From Sedimentisphaera cyanobacteriorum (lineage in GTDB: Bacteria > Planctomycetota > Phycisphaerae > Sedimentisphaerales > Sedimentisphaeraceae), in the NCBI RefSeq assembly GCF_001997385.1, contig NZ_CP019633.1:1230001-1262000 (forward strand): DNA of 32,000 nucleotides, written 5' to 3'. Position numbers and translations under genes: made by a program. Position 1 is the first letter of the stretch, and each line of letters begins with the position of its first letter. The notes beneath the pieces were generated by a model. That model made no database searches, had not been told where the DNA came from, and worked only from the letters and a program-made list of their open reading frames with translations. This document shows positions 1-7,178 of the stretch, piece by piece.

Positions 1-810
1 GATAAAATTATCAATCTGCTCGATTTGGCCGAGCCCTATAGCCGCCTGAACAGCGGTGAGCCGGTAGTTGTAGCCAACTTCATTATGCACATAATATAGC
101 GGGTCGTCTTTGGCCTGAGTGGTAAGATATTTAGACTTTCTGATCATCTCCGGATCCTCAGAAACAATCATGCCTCCGCCGCCGCAGGTAATGATTTTGT
201 TGCCGTTGAACGAAAAGCAGCCGAAATCGCCAATAGTACCTGCATATTTGCCTGCATATCTGCCGGATGTTATCTTCGAGCCGAGGGCTTCTGTGGCATC
301 TTCGATTACAGGCAGATTGTGTTCTGCCGCAGCATCCATAATCTGCTCCATCTGGCAGATCGAGCCGAAAATATGTACCGGAACCACAGCTGCAATCCGC
401 CTGCCGGAGGTTTTGTTGTAGAGCCGGCCTCCCTTCTGTTCGCACCCCTCGCTCAGGAAAGATGCCAGGCCTGCCGGATCCATATTCATATAGCTGTCGC
501 AATCTATGAATACCGGCTCGCAGTGAAGATAACGAACTACGTTTATCGGGGCGATGAAGGTTAGCGTGGGTACGATTATCTCCTCGCCCGGCTTAACGCC
601 GCTGAGCAAGAGGGAGATGTGAAGGGCTGACGTGCCGTTCACGCACGCACACGCCCCGCCGGCAGAAGATACGTATCCGGCCAGATAATCCTCAAGCTCC
701 GATACGAAACGCCCGGAGGTGGAAACCCACTCACTCTCCATACACTCATTTACGTATTTCTTCTCATTCCCCGCAAAATATGGAGCGGAAAGAAGGATTA
801 GATCATTCAT
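1..810 (-). CDS. DegT/DnrJ/EryC1/StrS-family PLP-dependent sugar aminotransferase, N-terminal 270 codons (gene continues beyond window start)
   Basis: Absent from the ORF track because it has no stop in the window. Hand translation of the minus strand from ATG 810-808 stays open to position 1: MNDLILLSAPYFAGNEKKYVNECMESEWVSTSGRFV...VNGTSALHISLLLSGVKPGEEIIVPTLTFIAP...VVPVHIFG...IEDATEALGS...DFGCFSFNGNKIITCGGGGMIV...GYNYRLT. The FNGNK lysine motif and overall pattern fit DegT-type (LegC/Per-like) aminotransferases. AGGGA lies 6 nt upstream of the ATG. Track ORFs 119-421(+), 158-502(-) and 319-564(+) are off-frame shadows. Confidence 0.85.
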   Translation of the reverse strand, partial: MNDLILLSAPYFAGNEKKYVNECMESEWVSTSGRFVSELEDYLAGYVSSAGGACACVNGTSALHISLLLSGVKPGEEIIVPTLTFIAPINVVRYLHCEPVFIDCDSYMNMDPAGLASFLSEGCEQKGGRLYNKTSGRRIAAVVPVHIFGSICQMEQIMDAAAEHNLPVIEDATEALGSKITSGRYAGKYAGTIGDFGCFSFNGNKIITCGGGGMIVSEDPEMIRKSKYLTTQAKDDPLYYVHNEVGYNYRLTAVQAAIGLGQIEQIDNFI

Positions 811-830
811 TTGGATTCCCTATATTAATC

Positions 831-1991
831 TCAAGCAAATGCTTCTTCGCAATACTTAGTAATAAAATCAACAGTTCTCCTTGCTGTTTTTTTACTCACG
901 CGAGTATGAAGAGGCAAATTTACTACCTGCTCGCAAGCCTTATCTGCAACCGGACACATTCCAATTTCATAATCATACTTTTCAAGAGGCGTTTCAATAG
1001 GATGAAGGGCACATTCGAACCAAGTTCCCAGTTCAATACCATGTTTAGCAGCGTCTTCTATTGCCTTCTGTTTATCTTTCACTCTAACAGGATACCTCAC
1101 CATAACCGGATCTTGTTTTGAGCTGTCAAATTGCCTTATACCCCAACCTTTATTTCCTAAAAGCTCATCGTAAAAAGAAGACATTTTTTTTCTGTGCTCA
1201 ATATTAGCTTCAAGTGATTTCATTTTTTTAACGCCTTCCTTAGCCTGAACACTGCTCATTGCCTTAAAGAAATTCTCCGGCATTTTTGGTTCAAATTCTT
1301 CATTGGAAGAAGAACCGACAACAATTCCTTTTTTTGTTAACCATCTGAATAAATTCTGAGCAAGCGCTGTAGTCCGTGGATAAATCAAGGCTTTATATAC
1401 CCAAAGCTGAGCTTGAAGCATTAAAACTTCTTTAAAGCTCGGCTTAATTAATTCATTTTCACATAATTCTTGAATGTCTTGAGCTACATTTTCGTCATTG
1501 CAAGTTACCATACCGCCGATACCAGTAGTGAAAGGTTTATTCCACTGCCCTGAAAAATATGAAGCTATTCCAAACGTTCCAGCCAGTTTTCCTTTATAAG
1601 TAGAGCCGACACATAAGCAGCAATCTTCAATGACAGTTACACCGTATTTCTCAGCAATCCCCATCAGTTCATCCATATCACAAACATAGCCGTATGTATG
1701 CTGTGCTATGATAAGCTTTGTATTTGGAGTTATCGCCTGCTCAAGCAAAGACACGTCCATATTAAAGGTATCCGGCTCAATATCAACATAAACCGGATTT
1801 GCACCAACATACTTCACTGGATTAACATCCATCACGCAAGTGTAGCCGGGAAGGATAACCTCATCACCTTTGCCAATTCCAAGAACTCTCAGAATTGCAT
1901 ATAAGGCCACCCTGCCTTTCCACATTGTAAATGCATCGAAGGCCCCAAAAATAGATTTGAGGTTTGTTTGGTATTTTTGCGAACTATTCAT
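831..1991 (-). CDS. DegT/DnrJ/EryC1/StrS-family sugar aminotransferase
   Basis: Track ORF 831-2015 (394 aa). Motifs: GDEVILPGYTCVMDVNPVKYVGANPVYVDIEPDTFNMD, AQHTYG, IEDCC, ASYFSGQWNKPFTTGIGGM (putative Schiff-base Lys). I prefer the ATG at 1991 (MNSSQKY), which gives an ATGAATAG overlap with the upstream GNAT stop. The ATG at 2015 is the alternative. Confidence 0.85.
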   Translation of the reverse strand: MNSSQKYQTNLKSIFGAFDAFTMWKGRVALYAILRVLGIGKGDEVILPGYTCVMDVNPVKYVGANPVYVDIEPDTFNMDVSLLEQAITPNTKLIIAQHTYGYVCDMDELMGIAEKYGVTVIEDCCLCVGSTYKGKLAGTFGIASYFSGQWNKPFTTGIGGMVTCNDENVAQDIQELCENELIKPSFKEVLMLQAQLWVYKALIYPRTTALAQNLFRWLTKKGIVVGSSSNEEFEPKMPENFFKAMSSVQAKEGVKKMKSLEANIEHRKKMSSFYDELLGNKGWGIRQFDSSKQDPVMVRYPVRVKDKQKAIEDAAKHGIELGTWFECALHPIETPLEKYDYEIGMCPVADKACEQVVNLPLHTRVSKKTARRTVDFITKYCEEAFA

Positions 1992-2595
1992 AACTACGCC
2001 CAAAATAATAAACATAGCGATTCATCTTACGCCCCTCGGGAGTTTCAAACCTTTTATCAAGCAGCCAACCATTTTTCAGATAAAAGCGGTTGACCGATTC
2101 ATTTCCTTCCCTATCAGTAGTTAAGTAACATCCTTCACTTCCTCTTTGTTCAGCATCCTGCAAAAAACGATTCAAAAGCCCAGCTCCAACTCCTTTTCCT
2201 TGAGTATCAGGGGAAACTGCAATAGAACTTAATAGGGAAAGTGTATTATTATTTTCAGGTGCATCACCACGATAAAAGACTGCTCTAACCAATCTAAAAA
2301 TAATTTTCGGATTTTTTAGAACTGCCGTAAAGCTTGATAATGCAAAAATATACCACCTTCTTACCAGCAGTCTTTTAAAATAACCGTCTGGCACTAAAGG
2401 ACCAACAATTACCCCTGAAACAGAGCCATTCTCTATTGCTACAAATCCAATGCCTTCCTCATCTTCGATGAAGGACTGATAAAAACATTTCAAAAAACGC
2501 CTTCCTAAAAATGTAAGAAAAAAATTAGGGAAAGAACGCATGTGCACTTCCACTACCTCATCAATATATCGACTGCTAAGCTTTACGATATTCAC
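1984..2595 (-). CDS. GNAT-family N-acetyltransferase
   Basis: 203 aa with a GTG start. Acetyl-CoA binding motif A is present: IAVSPDTQGKGVGAGLLNRFLQDAEQRG, followed by NESVNRFYLKNGW. Translationally coupled to the aminotransferase downstream. Confidence 0.8.
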   Translation of the reverse strand: MNIVKLSSRYIDEVVEVHMRSFPNFFLTFLGRRFLKCFYQSFIEDEEGIGFVAIENGSVSGVIVGPLVPDGYFKRLLVRRWYIFALSSFTAVLKNPKIIFRLVRAVFYRGDAPENNNTLSLLSSIAVSPDTQGKGVGAGLLNRFLQDAEQRGSEGCYLTTDREGNESVNRFYLKNGWLLDKRFETPEGRKMNRYVYYFGRSYE

Positions 2596-3823
2596 CGTTT
2601 TTTCCTTGAACTGAGAAAAACATTTCTTCTAAATTGTCCACAGCAGTACTAAGAGACATCTTGTCATCATAATACTTTTTCCCTTTTTTACCAATTGTAC
2701 AAAGTTGTTTTGGTGAGGCTTTCGATAATTTTATTACTTCCTTAGCAATTTCTTCAGGATTTTCAGGCTCACAGCAAAATCCAGCACCAGCATCTTTAAC
2801 AATATCAGCACAATTGCCTTCCACACACATTAGAATTGGCCTTCCTAAAGATAAGTAAGCCTGAGTTTTGGAAGGTATTGTTATCTCAAAAAGAGGGTCT
2901 TTACGTAAATGAACAAGAAGAACATCCGCCAACTTCAAAATACCACCGATCTCTTCTACAGGTTTTCGGCCATGAAATATTACGTTTTTTAGACGTGATT
3001 CTTTAACTTGTTTTTTCAGCGGTTCAAATTCTACACCTGAACCTATCATTACAAATTGAACATCAGGGGCATTCCTCTGAACTATTTCCGCAGCTTTAAT
3101 AACAGAGCTTAAAGCCTGGGCTCCGCCCATATTACCTGCAAAAACAACGTTAAACTTGCCTGTAAAACCAAGTTTATCCGCAACGTTTCGATTTGCAACC
3201 TTTGATTCAGAAATAATTGCATCGCACCAGTTATAAATAATTTCAATTTTATTGCGCGGAACACCTCTATCCAATAAAAGACTCTTCATGCCTTGAGAAA
3301 TTACAACATTTTTTGATGCATTTCGATAATTGAATTTGCACCAAGAATGTAACATCTTGTACGCAAAACCATTTTTGAACATCCCTGTCGAAAGAAGACT
3401 ATCCGGCCAGACATCTTGAATATTGTAAACAAATGGGATATTTCTAAACCACTTGAGAATTACAGCAGGCAAACCTAATGTAGCCGGACCTTGAATAACA
3501 TAAGCTATATCAGCTTTTTTTATTATAAAAGGGGCAAACAATGACATTGAAGTAGACAATGATAAATAACATAAAATCCTTTTAACTGCTGACTGATCAT
3601 GACTGGGGTACAAAGGAAAACGCAAGACTTCCACACCTTCCATATTTTCACGCATAAACAGCTTTCCCTTATATCCATCATAAATTCTACCGCCAGGATA
3701 ATTTGGGAACCCTGTAATGACCTGAACTTCATGACCGCGTTTGACAAATTCTCTCGCTAATGGCAAACCGAAAAAAAAATTGGGTTCCGGCTGGAAATAA
3801 TGCGTTATAAAGAGAATTTTCAT
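2576..3823 (-). CDS. wbuB: GT4 glycosyltransferase, WbuB-like (putative L-FucNAc transferase)
   Basis: 415 aa. The N-terminus MKILFITHYFQPEPNFFFGLPLAREFVKRGHEVQVITGFPNYPGGRIY is the characteristic start of WbuB-type enzymes. A GT-B C-terminal half is present. The gene sits directly after fnlA-fnlB-fnlC, as in known L-FucNAc loci. Confidence 0.75.
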   Translation of the reverse strand: MKILFITHYFQPEPNFFFGLPLAREFVKRGHEVQVITGFPNYPGGRIYDGYKGKLFMRENMEGVEVLRFPLYPSHDQSAVKRILCYLSLSTSMSLFAPFIIKKADIAYVIQGPATLGLPAVILKWFRNIPFVYNIQDVWPDSLLSTGMFKNGFAYKMLHSWCKFNYRNASKNVVISQGMKSLLLDRGVPRNKIEIIYNWCDAIISESKVANRNVADKLGFTGKFNVVFAGNMGGAQALSSVIKAAEIVQRNAPDVQFVMIGSGVEFEPLKKQVKESRLKNVIFHGRKPVEEIGGILKLADVLLVHLRKDPLFEITIPSKTQAYLSLGRPILMCVEGNCADIVKDAGAGFCCEPENPEEIAKEVIKLSKASPKQLCTIGKKGKKYYDDKMSLSTAVDNLEEMFFSVQGKNGEYRKA

Positions 3824-3824
3824 A

Positions 3825-4958
3825 TCAGCTCAGGTCGTTTTTCTTAAGGTTTTCCCAGATGCAGTTAAGCTTGGCCTTGCCGGCTATAAGTTTCAGCACT
3901 CTCTCTGATGTATTCAGAATCTGGTAGTCTCTGGGCAATTCAACGCTGTTACTCGAAATATCATCAGAGGTTTGAATACGTATTGCTTCCACAATCGTAT
4001 CAGCCTCTAGACCGGTTACAACAACAGAGCCGGTGTCAACAGCTTCAGGTCGTTCTATGGCATTTCGGGGCGTTATTGCGGGGAAATTTAAGATTGAAGC
4101 TTCCTCGCAAATAGTACCGCTGTCCGATATAACGCACCTCGCCTTCATCTGCAGATTCACATAATCTATAAAACCAAAAGGCTTCATAAAACGGATTCTC
4201 TGATCCAAACCGTTTCTTTCAAGGCTTTCAAGCCTTTTTTTGGTTCTCGGATGAGTGCTCACAATTACCGGCACATCGAATTCATCAATCAGTCTCTCGA
4301 ATGCATCGAGTATCTGCCCTAAAGATTTTCTTCGATCCACATTTTCCTCTCTGTGGATGCTGGCCAAAAAGTATTTCCCTTTTTCAAGCCCCAATTCCTG
4401 AACGGCATTAGAGCCCTTGATTTTTTCAATATTGTCCATAAGGACTTCCCGCATAGGCGAGCCGGTAACATATATTCGCCTGTGAGGAAGCCCTTCTGAG
4501 ATAAGATGCCTTCTGGCGTGCTCTGTATAGCACAGATTAAAATCCGCTGTATGGTCAATAATTCGGCGGTTTGTCTCTTCTGGAACGTTTTGGTCGAAAC
4601 TTCTATTTCCCGCCTCCATATGGAAAATCGGGATATGCAGCCGTTTTGCAATGATGCCAGCTATAGAGCTGTTAGTATCGCCAAGTATAAGAACGGCGTC
4701 GGGATTTTCTGCTTTGAGTATCTCTTCGGCTTTGATTAGTATATTGCCGTAAACCTTCCCGAGGCTTGAGGTGTCCACATTCATAAAATGGTCGGGCTTT
4801 CTAACGCCAAGGTCATCAAAAAAAACCTCGTTTAGCTCATAATCATAATTCTGGCCTGTATGAACTATAATATGATCCAAATGCTTATCTAAGCGTTTGA
4901 GAACTGCCGAGAGCCTTATTATTTCCGGCCGAGTACCGAGGATGGTTACTACCTTCAT
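3825..4958 (-). CDS. fnlC: UDP-N-acetylglucosamine 2-epimerase (non-hydrolysing), FnlC/WbjD/Cap5G type
   Basis: 377 aa. Motifs MKVVTILGTRPEIIRLS, HTGQNYDYELN, LGDTNS and HMEAGNRSFD give the WecB-fold epimerase signature. Position after fnlB supports the FnlC call. Confidence 0.88.
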   Translation of the reverse strand: MKVVTILGTRPEIIRLSAVLKRLDKHLDHIIVHTGQNYDYELNEVFFDDLGVRKPDHFMNVDTSSLGKVYGNILIKAEEILKAENPDAVLILGDTNSSIAGIIAKRLHIPIFHMEAGNRSFDQNVPEETNRRIIDHTADFNLCYTEHARRHLISEGLPHRRIYVTGSPMREVLMDNIEKIKGSNAVQELGLEKGKYFLASIHREENVDRRKSLGQILDAFERLIDEFDVPVIVSTHPRTKKRLESLERNGLDQRIRFMKPFGFIDYVNLQMKARCVISDSGTICEEASILNFPAITPRNAIERPEAVDTGSVVVTGLEADTIVEAIRIQTSDDISSNSVELPRDYQILNTSERVLKLIAGKAKLNCIWENLKKNDLS

Positions 4959-4964
4959 AAAATG

Positions 4965-6074
4965 CTATACCTCTTCGTAGAATGTGTCTGGGTCTTTCGG
5001 ATCAAACGGCTCGCTAATCCAAAAAATTGTAACAAGCTGTGAGTTCCCTGTATTAGTGATATTATGCGTGTAATTAACGGGCATTTCAACCCAGCTCGGC
5101 TCATCGCCGCTTACTTTATACTCGATAACCTCTTGCGTTCCAATCCGGCGCAATTTAATGCTCGCCTGCCCCGAAACAACGCAAAATTTTTCGCTTTTTC
5201 TGGTATGATAATGATTGCCTCTTGTAATGCCGGGCTTTGTTGTAGAGAACGATACCTGCCCCGCCTCTTCAAACTTATAAACCTCTACAAAACTGCCTCT
5301 GTCATCTCTGCTTGATTTGAGATTTTTCTGCCAATCGTTTGAATCCATATAAGTAACGAAAGTATTGTACAGATCTCGCTCAAAATCACTGGAAAATGAG
5401 GGCACGAAACCGTCTGAATAGCATTTCTGGAAGCTATAAAGCAGATCCAATATTTTTGACACCCTAACGCCCTCGACTCTTGGCTTTATATGCTCCACCC
5501 TGCAGCCTGAAGTATTTTCCCTGATAAGCCCGCAAATATCCTCAACCAGATAGTTGATGTGAATCATACTAAGCTGGCCATCAACTTTTATCTCCGGCTG
5601 CTCTCCATACGCCACCTGATGGCAAAACGTTGCAACAACAGAATTGTAAAACGGCTTCCCTCCATCACCGAATACGTTGGGAACAACCATAGAAACTCCT
5701 GCAGCATCGCGATCACCGCACCATTTCTCCAGAATCTGCATAGCCGCCAGCTTACCTTTGCCGTATGGGTTATCCTTTTCAATCTGAGTGGTTGAAGAGA
5801 ATAGGATTTTGGGTTTGCTGCCCGAGCTGTCTGCCGCATCAAGGAGCTTTTGCATAAGCTCGATATTCTTATTGAATATTACGTCCGGCTCATCCCTGTT
5901 CACGCCGGCAAGATGAACAATAACATCTGCCTTTTGTGCAAAGTCTATAAGCTTGGATTCATCATCGTAGTAAGAATCCTCGAAAGGCAGGACATTGATA
6001 TCCTCTTCACGTGCGAGACGATTCTCTAAATGACCGCCGACAAACCCGCTTTTACCTGTAATGCCAACATTCAT
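4965..6074 (-). CDS. fnlB: UDP-2-acetamido-2,6-dideoxy-L-hexose 4-reductase/3-epimerase, FnlB/WbjC/CapF type
   Basis: 369 aa. An N-terminal SDR Rossmann motif (ITGKSGFVGGHL) is joined to a C-terminal cupin-like segment (GITRGNHYHTRKSEKFCVVSGQASIKL). This is the two-domain CapF layout, and the gene lies between fnlA and fnlC. Confidence 0.82.
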   Translation of the reverse strand: MNVGITGKSGFVGGHLENRLAREEDINVLPFEDSYYDDESKLIDFAQKADVIVHLAGVNRDEPDVIFNKNIELMQKLLDAADSSGSKPKILFSSTTQIEKDNPYGKGKLAAMQILEKWCGDRDAAGVSMVVPNVFGDGGKPFYNSVVATFCHQVAYGEQPEIKVDGQLSMIHINYLVEDICGLIRENTSGCRVEHIKPRVEGVRVSKILDLLYSFQKCYSDGFVPSFSSDFERDLYNTFVTYMDSNDWQKNLKSSRDDRGSFVEVYKFEEAGQVSFSTTKPGITRGNHYHTRKSEKFCVVSGQASIKLRRIGTQEVIEYKVSGDEPSWVEMPVNYTHNITNTGNSQLVTIFWISEPFDPKDPDTFYEEV

Positions 6075-6077
6075 AAA

Positions 6078-7109
6078 CTATTGCCTCTGCTCCCAGACTT
6101 CAAGCTCTTTCTGTACGTATGGAAGGCTGAGAAGGAGTTTTTCAACCTCAGGGATTCCCATCTGCCTTGTATTATGTGAGTTATAGTCCTGATTTACCAC
6201 TTCCTTCTCTTTGCCTTCAGAGAAGTACATTGTGTAGTTGAGGTCTCTATCGTCCACACCAACCCTGTAATAATCTACCATATCCTCTGCCTTCTGAAGC
6301 TCTTCTACCGTGAGAAGGGATTCATATATCTTTTCGCCGTGCCTTATCCCGATCACTTTAATTTCATTATCTGCATTCATTATGTTTCTAACTGCTTTGG
6401 CAAGATCCATCATTGTGCAGGCCGGTGCCTTGCGTACGAAAAGATCGCCCGGGCAGCCGTTTTCGAAAGCGAACAGAACAAGGCTGACTGCATCACGCAG
6501 AGGCAGCATAAAACGTGTCATATCGGGGACAGTTAGCGTTAGGGGCTGGCCCTGTTTGATCTGATTCATAAAAAGCGGAATAACCGAGCCGCGTGAACAC
6601 ATCACATTCCCGTACCGAACGCGACAGACAGTTGTATCGCCGGAATTATCGAGCCTTGAAGCCGCCGCCGAAACCTTTTCCATCAAAGCTTTCGTCATAC
6701 CCATTGAATTGATGGGATAAACCGCCTTGTCGGTGCTGAGGCATACAACTTTGTCAACGCCGTGCTTTATTGCAGACTGAATAACATTGTTGCTCCCGGA
6801 GATATTCGTCATCACAGCCTGCATCGGGAAGAATTCGCAGGACGGTACCTGCTTGAGGGCTGCGGCATGGAAAACAAGATCAACACCGTTCATCGCCTCA
6901 TCTACGGACTCCCTGTCTCGCACATCTCCGATGTAGAAGCGCAGCTTGGAGCTGGCCTTCTCTATTCGCATAAGCTCCTGCTTTAATTCATCACGGCTGA
7001 ATATGCGAATTTCCTTGCAGCCGGTTTCGAGTAGGGTATTTGTTACGGTTTTGCCGAACGAACCAGTTCCACCGGTAATTAGTACAGTTTTTCCTTCAAG
7101 TCTTTTCAT
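6078..7109 (-). CDS. fnlA: UDP-GlcNAc 4,6-dehydratase/5-epimerase, FnlA/WbjB/CapE type
   Basis: 343 aa. Motifs KTVLITGGTGSFGKT, FHAAALKQVPSCEF, LSTDKAVYPINSMGMTKALMEK and YGNVMCSRGSVIPLF match the extended-SDR CapE/FnlA/PseB family pattern. Confidence 0.9.
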   Translation of the reverse strand: MKRLEGKTVLITGGTGSFGKTVTNTLLETGCKEIRIFSRDELKQELMRIEKASSKLRFYIGDVRDRESVDEAMNGVDLVFHAAALKQVPSCEFFPMQAVMTNISGSNNVIQSAIKHGVDKVVCLSTDKAVYPINSMGMTKALMEKVSAAASRLDNSGDTTVCRVRYGNVMCSRGSVIPLFMNQIKQGQPLTLTVPDMTRFMLPLRDAVSLVLFAFENGCPGDLFVRKAPACTMMDLAKAVRNIMNADNEIKVIGIRHGEKIYESLLTVEELQKAEDMVDYYRVGVDDRDLNYTMYFSEGKEKEVVNQDYNSHNTRQMGIPEVEKLLLSLPYVQKELEVWEQRQ

Positions 7110-7178
7110 AATCCACCAAAGATAATTTGTTTTTCAGTATGTTATCCAAAGGACGGAAAAAATCAAATAAAGCTTTTG

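Noticed and set aside
119-564. Track ORFs 119-421(+), 158-502(-) and 319-564(+)
   Set aside because: All lie inside the partial DegT aminotransferase (1-810, minus strand), whose frame has clear family motifs. These are off-frame or antisense shadows typical of GC-richer coding DNA.
3771-3779. A/T homopolymers of 8-9 nt inside coding genes (for example 3771-3779 in wbuB, 12057-12065, 22126-22133 and 4815-4822) as phase-variation sites
   Set aside because: Runs of A or T this long are expected in DNA this AT-rich and occur many times. Only the G/C tract stands out against the local composition.
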